Below are positions 1-11,657 of a stretch of 64,000 bases of DNA, one piece after another. Both the position numbers and the translations under genes were made by a program. The notes below the pieces were generated by a model, which searched no databases, had not been told where the DNA came from, and saw nothing but the letters and a program-made list of their open reading frames with translations. Within the stretch, counting starts at the first letter, position 1; each line of letters starts with the position of its first letter. The stretch covers positions 930,001-994,000 of the forward strand of contig JANHCV010000010.1 in NCBI GenBank assembly GCA_025594325.1. The letters are read 5' to 3'. The stretch is from Blastocladiella emersonii ATCC 22665. Lineage: Eukaryota; Fungi; Blastocladiomycota.

Positions 1-1435
1 TGCCGTGTCCGAGGCCATCATCAACGGATGGAGGCAGGCCTTCAGCGGATACCTCACACCTGCGGCCGCTGTGACGCGGCTGACCCGCCGGCTCGCGGCC
101 ATTCTGTCCATCGACATTCTCGGACCTCCTGTCGTGGTTCAGTGGACGGACTTTTCCGGGATCGTGACCATCATTGCGTTCGTTATCGCCGAGGTTGTGG
201 TTGTCGCGTCCACGGTGGCGCTTGTCCGCCACAAGCGCTCGGCGCTCGCGCGTCGCGTCTCGTTCCGCTTGCTTCTCTCAATGCTTGGCGGGCTTGCCGT
301 GACGGCGGTGTGGCCGCTGCTCTTCATCGGCCAGCGCACCGGGCTTCAATGTTTCTTGCAGATCGCCATCCTCGCTTGCGCTTGGGCCGTGATTCTCGCA
401 TGCATGGCTGTCCAGGACTTGCGCGTCTATCTCATTGTTTCGAGCCCGCTGCGTCGCGTCGCCAGTGACGTGACTCGAGTCCTGCGCGCATTCATCATCG
501 TCGTCATCTTGCTCCAGTGTCTCGGGCTGCTCATGTGGGGGCTCGTCAGCCCGCCGTCGGCGGCCATGTACGTCGTGGCTGACGAGTGGGAGTACCTTGC
601 GTGCTCGGAAGGCACAACACCCGAGCTTCTCGCGATCCCAGCCTCGGTTGTTGCTGCTCTCGTCGCACTAAACATGTGGCTCGCGTATCGCTCCAAGGCC
701 AGCGAGGTCGTCATGACCAAGCGACAGTCGCCGACGCTTCAGATTCTCTACGCGATTTGTCTCATCACGGTCATCCAGGTACATCTCTCGAGTATGACCG
801 GCCACTCGCTCCCACGGTTGCTGACGTTAACGCGTGTGTAGGGTATTTCCCTCAAGATCCCCCAACTCACACCTTCGGCTTGCTCTCTCATCTTCGCCAT
901 CACCACACTTGTCCTCGTCGCGACCGTGTGCAAGGTTTACATTCTCCACCAGCTGGAGCCGGACTCGGAGGATACTACAAGCCCGTGGCTGGGCATGACG
1001 CGCGCGGGCACCGAATCCTCATTCGGCACTAACGTGGCCTCAACTCCGTCGAGTATCCATGCACCAGGCTCCATGCACCGCGACTTGTCACCAACGAGCG
1101 ACTGCACGCCCTGCTTTTCGATCGCCACAGCCGACTTGGCGCTGCGCACCGCCGCGTCGTCGTTTTTCGTGGAGCTGACGCCCTGTGTACCGTGTCAGCT
1201 GCAGTTGTTCACTCGTCAGGCAGTGCTGATCGCGACCGAGGTCTCGGGCCGCCGGCGTTACCGCGTGGCCATCGCCTTGCGCACGCTCGCTGCGGTGGAG
1301 TTTGCATCCGCGTCACAGACTTGCTTGCGCCTCCAGTTGCGCGGCCGTGTCGTTGACGTGGTCGGACCCACGGCGACGCTCGCGCAATGGAAACAGGCGT
1401 TGAGCGAGTTTGTTCGCGAGGAACCGGGGCATTGA
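1..1435 (+). CDS. Class C (7tm_3, GABA-B/metabotropic-like) GPCR, 5'-partial, with a C-terminal globular domain
   Basis: ORF 5-841 has multiple hydrophobic helices with class C-like features (Cys in QCFLQ, RVYLIV after TM3, MWGLVSPP followed by a loop Cys in YLACSE, WLAYRSK). A 63-nt GT-AG intron at 779-841 joins it in frame (GISLKIPQ...VCKVYILHQ) to the 926-1435 ORF. Confidence 0.75.
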
Positions 1436-1833
1436 TCCCCGTGACGTCGGAGAAAATATAGCATTTATTTCCTCATGTCCGCCATGTTTTGCGCGACCTG
1501 GGTGATGGAAACACCACTATTAGTCTCGTGAACGCGCAACGAATGGTGGTTTGCCGCTCATGGAGTACGTTTAAGCGGTACGTGCAGGTGAACGACGCGA
1601 TTTCCGCCAAAGTACAACGCGTCGCTCGTCTTGCGGTGCCACCACGCAAGGCAGCATCGTGATCAAGACCGGAACGAGCGAATACTGCTGCCACGGGGCT
1701 AGGCACGCAGCAAAGCACCGAACTGCATTTCCAGCGTAAGAGCTCCTTTCACCGTGATCGCAGCTGTTCCCACGAACTAAGCGTATGAGTAGTCAAAACA
1801 GAATTGTATCAACAGCATCACTAGAGACACTCG

Positions 1834-2343
1834 CTACGCGTCATCGCTCAACGAATAGAACGAAGCCTCCGGAATCAGACTTTGGATGAACTCCAACTTG
1901 CGACCGCGGTAACACTTGATTTGCACGTATTCGCGAAACCAGGCGATAACTTGCGCGTCGCCACGCTTGATCAGCCTCTTGAAGATTTTCTCTTGAGTAC
2001 AATTGCTGGGCATCTCCGTGTCCGCGTCAAGCAACGCTGGGGAAGTCAAGGCTGAAGACGGAGCGAGCTGTGGGCGCTGTGAATGAGAGCTCTTCACCAA
2101 GGCGGCGTGCGATACTTGTTCAGGTTCGTTCCAACATTTGGCCGTTGGCTGGGGGAAGTGGTCCCAGTCCTCAGGTTCAATGAACTCGTCGCGGGTCAGA
2201 TTCTTGATGTACCAAGTGAGAGAGCGTGGGTCCGTTTCGGTCGGATCGAGCAAGATGGCTTGGACAAGAATTTCCTCTGTCAGCTCATAGGGCAAGATGG
2301 GTCGACCGCATTGCGACAAGTTTCTGCATGGTTTTCGCTTCAT
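1834..2343 (-). pseudogene. Internally deleted paralog of the adjacent F-box-like/ankyrin gene
   Basis: MKRKPC...LPYELTEEILVQAILLDPTETDP aligns with the N-terminus of 2699-4417. It runs straight into WYIKNLTRDEFIEPED, which aligns with WYWSNLTDDEFICPGD near that gene's C-terminus. The ankyrin core is absent. Confidence 0.7.
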
Positions 2344-2698
2344 TGGTAGTGTGTGGTACATGGGCGGGTTGGGAGCGGCGGTCGATCGCGGCGGAAGGGG
2401 TGAGAAACGTGGCTGTCTCCGATCACATGATTGATCGTCGCGTCTCCTCATGTTCCTCGCGGGCACCTCTGTTCTTGCATCTCCCGCCTCAGCATGCTCG
2501 GCAACGCCCATTGACGGCATGGGAACAAAATAAAGCATGTCAAACAACGGCCGCACGATTGGTCGTCGCGTGCCTTCTCTTTCGTTACGAGTTACGAGCA
2601 CCCCCTCTGTCGCAGTTCTCGCTCAACGTGAAAGTGAAAGCACCCCTTAGCAACCCGTAAAATAAATTTATTAGACAACGCAAAAACAAACCGCTCCG

Positions 2699-4417
2699 CT
2701 ACTCCTCATCCTCCTCCTCGTCATCACCGTCCGAGCCTTCGCAACCATCCGACTCATCATCCTCGTCGCTCGACGGGTAAAACTTGACATCAGGAATCTT
2801 GGCCGCGAGCAGCTCCAACATGGTCTCGGACCCGTCAAACTGCAGCTCGCAGACGTGCGCACGCCACCAGCTGACAAGGGTCTCATCGCACTTTTCAGTA
2901 AAGATGCGGCGGATATCGTCGTATGAGTACTCGAGTTGCAGCCCGGTAGCCAACCACCAATCAAGTCGCGCTATGGCCCGCGCCATCTTCTTGGTCGAGG
3001 GAGCGACGTAGCCGCAATCGCCGGGGCAAATAAACTCGTCGTCGGTCAGGTTGCTCCAGTACCAAGCGAGTGCGGTGACATTGTTGGTTCGGCTCGAGAA
3101 CTTGATGGCTTCGGCCCAGAAATCGGGCTTTTCCGAGTCAGAGTCAGAGTCAGACTCCGAGTCGTTCGGGTCGCAAAGCAAGTCAAAGTTGGCCGTCGGC
3201 ATCGCGCCACGGAACCAAGCAAGCACGTCCGCGTCGCCGCGGGCGATCGCCAGGTGCAAAGCCTTGATCCAGAACTTGCGCTTGTCGTCCTCGTGGTCGT
3301 AGCGGTCGTAGAGAGGCAGGACGTGGTGCTCAAAGTGAGACTGGACGCTCGGGTGCATGTCGAGATCAGGCGGGTACAGGTGGGTTCGCTTGAGGAGGTA
3401 GATGCTGTCGATCTCGGCGAGGACCCACTTCAGGACATTGATATGCTTGTTGCGCACGGCGCCCTTGACGATTCTGTCCCAGTCGATGCACTCGTACCAG
3501 CTGTAGTCGAGGTCGTTGTACGCGACGACCCTGAGGCTCCCCGCCTCGAGCGCGAGCTTGTTGAGATAGTGGCGAGAGCCATCAAACTCCGGAATGAAGT
3601 CAACGAGCCAAAGGACGAGGTCCGCGTCGTCGTTCTCGATCGTATAATGAAGGCTGCTCTCGCTGACCTTGATATCGAGACCCGAGTCCTTCCACCAATC
3701 GAGCACGTCAGCGTGGCCCGCTTGGACCGCATCGTCGATGGCGCGTGCCGTGTAGCCGACCATGAAGCCCGCCTCCGAAAGCCACTCGAGGACGTCGACG
3801 TGGCCGTGAGCAGATGCGACGTCGGCTGGGTGCGGTAGGTTCGGGATCCGCAGGATGTACTGGAGGTCCACGACATAAAAGTCAAACACGCCGACGTGGC
3901 CGTACTTGGCCGCGAGAACAATGGGATGCGGCGACTCGTCCGAGTGGTTCGAGTGGAGGGCAATGTAGCCGCGGTCGAACATATAGTCAAGAAGTTCGTC
4001 ATGGCCGTGGGCGGCGACAATTGAGTCGGGGTGGTAGAGATCGAGGTCCTGCCACAACCACCTGTACGACTCGTAGTCATCGAGCGTCTCTCCATTCGTG
4101 CCGGCAGCACAGAGGAGGCAAAAGTAAAAGATGGCCTCCTCCTCGTCGTCGCAGGCAACGTTCTCGCGGTAGGCGAGCAGCAGGTCGCGAAACTCCTCGT
4201 GCTCCGGGTAGAAGGCGCGCTGCATCCGAGCGTGAAGCGAGTGGCACAAGACGGTGTCGCGCAAGCGAGTAAGGTTTGGGCCGACGCGGAGGAGCGGCAG
4301 CGGGTCCGTGTTGTGCGGGTCGAGCAGGACGGCCTGAATGAGGACGGCCTCGACCAGCTCATAAGGCAAGGTTGGGACTGCGCGTTGCGGCGAGTCGGTG
4401 CATGGTGTTTGATTCAT
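2699..4417 (-). CDS. F-box-like N-terminus plus ankyrin-repeat protein with acidic tail
   Basis: Intronless 572-aa ORF. N-terminal LPYELVEAVLIQA motif; ankyrin-type units AAKYGHVGV, ASAHGHVDVLEWL, AVQAGHADVLDWW; D/E-rich C-terminus. Confidence 0.85.
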   Translation of the reverse strand: MNQTPCTDSPQRAVPTLPYELVEAVLIQAVLLDPHNTDPLPLLRVGPNLTRLRDTVLCHSLHARMQRAFYPEHEEFRDLLLAYRENVACDDEEEAIFYFCLLCAAGTNGETLDDYESYRWLWQDLDLYHPDSIVAAHGHDELLDYMFDRGYIALHSNHSDESPHPIVLAAKYGHVGVFDFYVVDLQYILRIPNLPHPADVASAHGHVDVLEWLSEAGFMVGYTARAIDDAVQAGHADVLDWWKDSGLDIKVSESSLHYTIENDDADLVLWLVDFIPEFDGSRHYLNKLALEAGSLRVVAYNDLDYSWYECIDWDRIVKGAVRNKHINVLKWVLAEIDSIYLLKRTHLYPPDLDMHPSVQSHFEHHVLPLYDRYDHEDDKRKFWIKALHLAIARGDADVLAWFRGAMPTANFDLLCDPNDSESDSDSDSEKPDFWAEAIKFSSRTNNVTALAWYWSNLTDDEFICPGDCGYVAPSTKKMARAIARLDWWLATGLQLEYSYDDIRRIFTEKCDETLVSWWRAHVCELQFDGSETMLELLAAKIPDVKFYPSSDEDDESDGCEGSDGDDEEEDEE

Positions 4418-4569
4418 GGTTGGCCAGAAGGTTCATGGACGAGGAGCGGCGACCTGTCGAGGGTCGAGGAAGAGAGTTCGAGGTGGCGTACGCGCCACTC
4501 ATACCTCGAGCCGAGCCATCTTGGCCTCACGCCTGGTCGCGACCATGAACTCACGGGGTATGTATTACA

Positions 4570-5548
4570 TCAAGATCCCGACGAGAACCGCTTTGCTGCC
4601 ATGGCCTTGAGCGCGGCCATGGTCGCGGCCTCCTTGGCGCGCATCTGGTCGAGCGCCGAGAGTCCCGGCGTCTCGGACTCCTTGTTGGCGCCAGGCCGGC
4701 GGCTCTGCTCGCGCCGTTCGCGTGCTGCAGCCTCGCGGCGCTTCCTACACACACCTCAATCGCGTCAGCATCGCACATAATCACCTCCGCAGCGCGAGGT
4801 TCAGCGTACGCCGCCTCGAGATCCTCGCGGCCGGACCCGAGCAGCACGTCGTCGCCAAACTCGTAGTCAGCCTCGCGCACGTTATCCTGGCGGTGGAAGG
4901 CGGTGGTGGCGCGGCGCTTCTCCATGGCGCGCTCGCGCGGGTTGTCGGGCTTGGGGACGAGCTCGTCGAGCACGGCGTCCTGGCGGCGGCGGAAGTCGCG
5001 CGCCTCGGACCGGTGCCGGTGCCGGTCGCGGTCGCGCAGGTCGTCGTCGTCGGCCGGGTCGCGGCGCGAGGAGGAGGTGGAGGGGCGGTCGCGCTCACGG
5101 TCACGGTCGCGGTCGCGGGTGGATTCGCGGTCCCGTGGCCGGTCGCGTTCCCGCTCAAGCTCGCGTCCGCTGTCACGGTCGCCCTTGCGGCTACGCTCGC
5201 TCGCGTGGTCGCTCGGCAGCAGCGGCTCGTTGTACCCCTACACACTCACCGTCAGCCCCGCACCCACCCCTTCCCTCCAGATCACCCCCCTCGTACCCCG
5301 TTAGCCGCGAACGCCCACTGGTACCGCGTGCCCTGCCCCTTGGCGAGCTTGACCTTATCGTCGTAGTACTCTGCGGGGAGCCGGTCGTCGTTCCAGCGGC
5401 GCACGAACTTGGCAAAGTAGCGTCGCGCGTCGGCGGTGCCGAGCTCGTCGAGGTACTTGTCGCGCTCCTGCTGCAGCCACACGCGGAACGCGTCTGACTT
5501 GAGAAAGTAGTCGGCCTCGGAGATCGGCGTGCGTGCTGGCTTCTTCAT
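4570..5548 (-). CDS. SCI1-like (style cell-cycle inhibitor 1 family) RD/RE-rich nuclear protein, 3 exons
   Basis: Exon 1 DYFLKSDAFRVWLQQERDKYLDEL...ARRYFAKFVRRWN..LP..YY matches the conserved SCI1-like N-terminal domain. The middle exon has RD/RE repeats and ELVPKPDNPRERAMEKRR. The last exon ends AALKAMAAKRFSSGS. Two GT-AG introns are inferred. Confidence 0.7.
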
Positions 5549-5758
5549 GGGTTGGGTTGCATGAGCTTCGTGGTGTGGGTTTCGCTTGAGAGAGAGGGAG
5601 CACGGAGCAGGTGGTGAGCGGTGAGGCGGAGGCCAGACCGCGGCGAGCCAAGCCCGTGCGCGGCCGCAGAACCCCGACGTTTCCTCGCGCGCGCTCGGCG
5701 CTCGATGCCCGCTCTCCCTTCATCGAATCGAACCAAACCAGAAGCACCGAACACTGCA

Positions 5759-6786
5759 ATGAACTCGCCCGTCGACGACCAGCGACCGCTGACGCGGCCA
5801 TCCACGAGCGCGGCGGCGGGCGGCGTGTCGCGGCCCGCGGGGCCCGCGTACGGCGCAACATCGGGGCCGGCTCTGCAGCAGCTCGGCGATGAGGACGACG
5901 ACGACTTCATCGACTACGGTTCGATTGCCGACATGACGCGCGGGCCCATGTTCCGCGGGGTGCCGGTGATCCGGCTGGCCAACTTTGCGTGCCTGGTCGC
6001 GGTGCTCGTCATGAACTATATTGCGGGCAGCACGACGTGGCTCAACGGGAACCGCACGGGCGACGTGTCGCGGCTGTTCCCCAACTACCTGGTGCCCGCG
6101 GGCTATGCGTTCTCCATCTGGCGTACGTCACGCAAACTCCGTCGCCCAGCCAACTCTAACCCCTCGTTTGCGCGGTCGTAGCCGTCATCTACACGTTCCT
6201 GACGCTGTTCGGGGTGTACCAGCTGAGCCCGGCGACGTACAACTCGAGCGCGATCAACGAGGCCGTCGGGTACCTGTTCCCGCTCAACGCCGTGGGGAAC
6301 ATTGCGTGGCTCGTGGTGTGGGCGTACCGCGTGTCGGCCATGTCGGTGATCCTGCTGCTGTGGTCCTTCGGCACCGTGTTTGCCATCTACGCGCGCCTGA
6401 AGTCCAAGTACCCGAGCCCGCGGTGGTCCGTGTACCTCGCCGTACACGTGCCCTTCTCACTGTACGCCGCGTGGTCGCTCGGCGCGTGTGTCATCAACGT
6501 GTACGCCGTCACGACCACGCGCGACGAGGCGTTTATCCCGCCGAGCGTCGCGGGGCTTGTGTTCCTCGCCGCGGTCCAGGCCGGCGTCGCTGTCTGGGCC
6601 CGCGACCCGCTCGTCGCCGGCGTCGCGACGTGGACGCTCATCGGGAACTACGTCCGCAACCACGACGTGGAACTGATCGGCGTCACGGCGCTCATCCTGT
6701 TCATTCTCGCGGCCGTCCTCACCGTCGCGCTCACGGTCGCCAACGCCGTGTTGCGCCGCCGCGGCCGGTTCGTCACACTCAGCTGA
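5759..6786 (+). CDS. TspO/MBR-related tryptophan-rich multi-pass membrane protein, 2 exons
   Basis: LVPAGYAFSIW-AVIY motif across a GT-AG intron (about 6123-6181), followed by several TM helices (NIAWLVVW, PFSLYAAW). Confidence 0.7.
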
Positions 6787-6828
6787 GTCGTCCATCTCAT
6801 ATATACATGTTTATCCGTCGTCTCTCTC

Positions 6829-7356
6829 TCATGGCTCGGGCCCTCGCTGCGCTGGCGGCGGTGGCGGAAGCGGCAACGACATGACGTGAAAGATGCGATC
6901 AACGACACGATACCCTATGGCAACCTGCGGCACGAGCACCGCGAGGTACGCGGCGTTGAGCGCGACCTCGACGGGGGACACGACGCTGTGCGCGTGGACG
7001 CGCTGCAGCACCGCGAAATACGCGAGCACCAGGACCTGCGGGAGGACCGACAGCAGGAGGAACCCGGCGAGGTCCGGGATCCGCTCGCGCCGGTTGCCGC
7101 GCATGCCGAGCAGCAGGCGCACGGGCTCGGCGAGGATGAACACGGCGAGGTTGAACTGCAGCGCGAACCGGTAGAACTCGTTCATCGCGGTGGTGCCTGG
7201 CGTAGCGAGCTTGGCCAACGTCACGTACACCATGGCGGCGGACCAGCACGGGTACGCGCACGACGTGAAGCGCAGGAGCAGGTGCAGTGGAACCGACGCG
7301 AGCATCGGCTTGTCGTCTACACTTACTCGGTTGTGAGCACGCCTCGTCGTCGTCAT
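6829..7356 (-). CDS. TMEM17: Ciliary transition-zone membrane protein, TMEM17/TMEM216 family
   Basis: EPVRLLLGMRGNRRERIPDLAGFLLLSVLPQ matches the family signature E..RLYLGY.GNL.E..P.L.GF.LL...Q; four TM segments. Confidence 0.8.
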   Translation of the reverse strand: MTTTRRAHNRVSVDDKPMLASVPLHLLLRFTSCAYPCWSAAMVYVTLAKLATPGTTAMNEFYRFALQFNLAVFILAEPVRLLLGMRGNRRERIPDLAGFLLLSVLPQVLVLAYFAVLQRVHAHSVVSPVEVALNAAYLAVLVPQVAIGYRVVDRIFHVMSLPLPPPPPAQRGPEP

Positions 7357-7756
7357 TGTGGCCGCGGCCGTGCAGCGAACGTACTCAGGACCAGCGGGAA
7401 CTCGGCGGCCCTCCGCGGTCGCCTTCTTCCGCCCAACGAAGCCTCACCCACGTCATCCTCCTCGCCGCCCTCACTCCCCGCAGACCCGGCGACGTGCACG
7501 CGCAGCTGCTGTTGGCGAAAGTGGTGCGAGAAGAGGCGGTGCGCGACCGACTCGAGCGCGTGGTCCTGCCACTGCTGCGCCGCCGACCGCGTTGTGGGCG
7601 ACTCGCCGGGGCTTCGCCATCGCGGCGGGTCGCCTTCGGGTCGGTGTAGCGCGGTGCGCGGCAGGATCGGCGTGGGTTTCATGGGTTGCTCTTTGAAGGG
7701 GAGAGAGGAGAAGAAAGCGCGTCGCGGATGTGAGACGCGTCGTTGACGACGACGCC

Positions 7757-9007
7757 ATGGACCCGTGGCCGGCTACCCCGCAATGTAAGCTCCGCGACGA
7801 CGCGACTCGATGCAATGGAGGCTGATAATCGACGCGATGTAGCGGACCGCCGGTTCGAGGCCATCAGCGCGGCGCTCGGGATCGAGCGGGAGCAACTGCG
7901 CGCGGTCCCCGTTCAGGAGGTGAGCGCGGACGACGTGCGCCGGCGCAAGCGCGCGAGCCGTGTCGAGCGGCTGGAGCGGGCTAAACGTGCTCGAGGTCCG
8001 TTGCCCGAGTCGTCGCCGTGCTGAACAGGAGCTGACGCTGGCGGGTGTAGTCGCCGCGATCGAGCCGGAGAGCGACGAGCTTGCCGCAGAAGCGGCCCCC
8101 TCCGAGCATGCCCCAGTCGTCCCGGCCGTGGACGAGTCCGAGCGCGTTCGCGACCTCGAGACGGTCCTCGCGCGCGTGCACGCCGCGCCCGTTGGCGACG
8201 CCCTCGACGCACTCGCACCCGAAGTCGCCGAGGGCGTCTCACGCGCCGCTGTGCTCTCCCAGTTCGAGGTACTCCCCCATCCGCTTCTCGCTTCTCACTC
8301 CCGGATCCCTTGCTCACTCATCCCGCGTAGTTTTCCTCAACCCTATCCACCGCTGGCCTCGTGCCGACGCACGCCGCGTGGCTGTACACGACGTGCTCTT
8401 CACTCACCTCGGTCCCGCGGTCGCACCGGCTCGCGCTCCTGGCGCACGTCGCCACGACGGTCGCCGTCTCACGCGCGCCGGTTCCGCGCGCCGTGGCCGA
8501 TCTCACCCGAAAAGTCGCAGGTGAGCACCCGGGCGACTGGGTCGAGCATCTTCTCGCGCCAGCGCTCGCGGCGGCACCCGAAGGTACGCACACCTCGCGG
8601 ACAGATCATGGCGGACGACGCTCACGCGCGTGCGAGGGTGTTTAGATCCCGCCTCGACAACCTGGCTCGCCGCATCCCTCCCCTCCCTCCCCGCAACGCA
8701 CCGCGCGGCCGCCGTGCAGGCCCTCGCCGCGTACCCCGCCTCCCCGCACGCGGCGCTGCACGTCCCGCTCGCGTCAGTCACGCCCACGCTCCCGCTCCTG
8801 CCCGCGACCGTGGTCGCGTGGATCCGCACACTCGCCGTGTCGCGCGACACGGCGAAACCGCTGCGCGACGTGGTGACGCGGTACGCGGCGGGGTTACCGC
8901 AAGAAGAGCTGGGCGAGGTCAAGCGCGTGCTGCACGGCGTGACGGCGTGGACGCACGCGATGCTCAAGGCGGCAGTCAGGCATGTCGATGGGCTGGTGGC
9001 GAGGTGA
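7757..9007 (+). CDS. FANCE: FANCE-like protein (Fanconi anemia group E C-terminal helical domain), multi-exon
   Basis: The spliced C-terminus SRDTAKPLRDVVTRYAAGLPQEELGEVKRVLHGVTAWTHAMLKAAVRHV resembles the FANCE terminus (from memory: [49 protein letters not shown]). About 4 GT-AG introns link ORFs 7743, 7960, 8361 and 8630. Confidence 0.55.
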
Positions 9008-9209
9008 ATAGACGGATGGATGTATAGAGGGTGTAGAATGGGATCAATCAAGGGACGACGAGGGCGAGGAGGGAGGGGCAACACAAAACTGAACAACGGA
9101 TTCATCAACGAGGCGAGGGAGGGGAGGGTATGCGACAATACGATACGACACACAAGACGACGCGCCCGACGCGCGTCCACGACCAGCGACCAGCGAGCGG
9201 GGGAGCAGC

Positions 9210-10094
9210 TTACAGCGCGTCGAGCGAGTGGCCCGACAGGATAAACGTGCGCATCGGGCTCGTTGGCCGCGTGCGCTTCTTGGGGCCGGCGGCCGCGCTC
9301 GCCGAGGTGGTAGTCGCGGGCGTCGAGATGGTCCGTCCGCGCACCATGGGCGCAGCCGGTGCCGTCACGGCCGTCGTGGGCTCCTCGACAATGGTGGTAG
9401 TGGCGACGGTCCCGATCGGCCGGTTGAGCATCGCCATGGCGGCGGGCCCGGGCGCGGCGACGGGCGGCGTGGTGGCGGACGTCATGCTCTGGACGCGGCG
9501 GCGCGCGACGCCCAGCACGTCGGGGCTCGTGGCGGGCGACGTGACCGAGGCGGCGGCGGCGGCCGCGGCCGCGGCGTAGAGCGAGTTGGCGGGGAAGAAG
9601 GACGCCGGTGCGGGTTGTTGCGGGCCGACGCCGGCGTGGACCGAGGGCGCCGAGGCGCGGCGCATGTGCGGCATGTAGAACTGGGTCGGCAGCGAGGCCG
9701 AGACGCCCGGCATGGTGCCGCTCAGGCCCGCGAGCGGCGACGTGCCCGGCAGCCAGTGGTGCGGCGACTCGGGCGGCGAGCGGTACCGCGCCGAGGCCGA
9801 GGCGGAGCCCGAGCCGGCGGAGGTGGCGATGAGCGGGGTGGTCGCGTCGAGCGCGTCGCCGACGGTCGGGAACGGCGACTGCGGCGGCGAGTTGTAGAGG
9901 CCCGACGACATGGCCGACGACGTCGTAGACAGGGTGGGCGGCCAGCCGACGCGCGACGCGAGCGGGATGTCGATGGGCTTGACCGACGGCGGCGGCGCGT
10001 GGTTCGACGACGAGGGGGAGGATGTATGCATGGTGTTGGTGGAGTTGGAGGTAGCGGTAGCAGGGGGCGGCGCAGAGGCAAAGTAGTCGCGCAT
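9210..10094 (-). CDS. Hypothetical S/P/A/T-rich low-complexity protein; 5' end uncertain
   Basis: Long open frame with host-like codon bias, ending KKRTRPTSPMRTFILSGHSLDAL. First ATG at 10094; an upstream exon is possible. Confidence 0.55.
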   Translation of the reverse strand: MRDYFASAPPPATATSNSTNTMHTSSPSSSNHAPPPSVKPIDIPLASRVGWPPTLSTTSSAMSSGLYNSPPQSPFPTVGDALDATTPLIATSAGSGSASASARYRSPPESPHHWLPGTSPLAGLSGTMPGVSASLPTQFYMPHMRRASAPSVHAGVGPQQPAPASFFPANSLYAAAAAAAAASVTSPATSPDVLGVARRRVQSMTSATTPPVAAPGPAAMAMLNRPIGTVATTTIVEEPTTAVTAPAAPMVRGRTISTPATTTSASAAAGPKKRTRPTSPMRTFILSGHSLDAL

Positions 10095-11657
10095 GAGAAC
10101 CGAGACGGCCGTGAGGTGGACGGGGAACTGGAGCGGGGAGAGGAAGAGCGGGGAGGAGGCGGTGCCGCGGCGGGAGCGCGAGGTGGTGGTGCGGGACGGC
10201 CAGAGGCGCAGTCCGAGGCCGAGCAGCGACGCGGACGTGGACGCCAGCGTGAAAAGATAGCGGCGCACGGCGAGGGTGCGCGGGCGCAGGCGTCGGCGTC
10301 ACGCACGGGCGAGCGATAGGCTGAGCTCCGTCAGCCGCGCGCGAACCACAGAGATGGGCGAGATGAGGCGCGGGCGGAGCGCGTGGTCAGGTCACGGACT
10401 GGTCGGTCGCGTGGCTTGGCGGGTGGTGGTGGCGGTGGTGGGTGGCGTCGGCGGGGTGGCGGGACGCGGTGCAGCGTGAGCGACGCGTCGTCGGCGTCGT
10501 TGGTCGGGTTGGCGTGCGGAAGTAGGTCTGGGTGCGCGAGGAAGGCGGGTCCTCGAGCGCGTGTAGGGGAAAGGGAACGACAGTGAGAGGGAGGGGGCAA
10601 GGCGGGCGGGTTGTTAAGAGGAGGCCGAGCCGAGGGGAGCGGGGGGCGCCCAGCGCTTTTGTATCCCTGGCCACCCAGCCGGCGACTTTTTCGTCGACAA
10701 GTGGGAGATGGGCTCGCGCGCAGGCAAGCAAGGACCCCACGCGGGCGACATACGGCGCGCTATCGCGGGCTATCGACGGGTCCCTCTCGGCGGGCGGCAA
10801 GCACTCCAGCCTTGGCCAACGCGTTCGCTCGTTCCGCCGTCCCGTGCCGCGTGCCGCGCGTCGCGTTCCGCCACTCACGCGGTCGAAGCCAGCGCCACCG
10901 CGCCCGGCCACGGGGCCTCCGATGGAATCTCAACGCGCGCGCGCGCGCTTTTGATTGCGAGCGCCGCCACGCTGCGCACAGGCGCGTCGCCGTCGGCCTT
11001 GGGTCCACGGGCCCGGGCGCGCGTGCGCCTGCCGGTTCAGGGCAGAGCGCTTGGTCGCGGACGCGGTGACGCGCGCCGCCGTCACGCTGAGCTCACCGCG
11101 ACCTGGCTTCGACGCGGCGGTGGGAGAGGGCAGAAAGCAGCAAGTCGGTCTGAAAGCCGGTCGGGCTCAGGCGCCCCTTACTCGCGCACCAACCGAGTGA
11201 TCGGGTGCAGCAAGTGGAGGCAAGGGCGCGCGTGCGTCTCCCGGCGCCGGAGCACCGGCAGCAGCGTGCGCGCCCACTGTGCGTCATCGTCGCCCGCCTG
11301 CGTGTCAGAGTGTATCCTTCAAGGGTCGCTGTGGTGTCACCATGGCGCGAGCGCGGGTCAGCTTTGGCTAAGTGCTCGTCACCTCGCGTCTCCCGTAGGG
11401 GGGAGAGCGCGATCCGGGGGTCGCAGTGCACCGAGTCGCACACGCAGGAAAGCGGAAGCGGTGCAGCGTGCGGCCCCGTCCTGTGGAGAGCGACGATGAG
11501 CGCGAGCGCGGCCGCGGAAAAGGGTCGACGGCAGAGTCGTTTCAGTATCGCGTGACCGGTCCCATCGCGCCCATCAGCTCGGCCTTAGCCCCCCTGGCTC
11601 GGCCGATCGCCGCGCGGCCAAGCGAAACGCGCCCCCGCTCCTCCCCCCTCCCCAACC

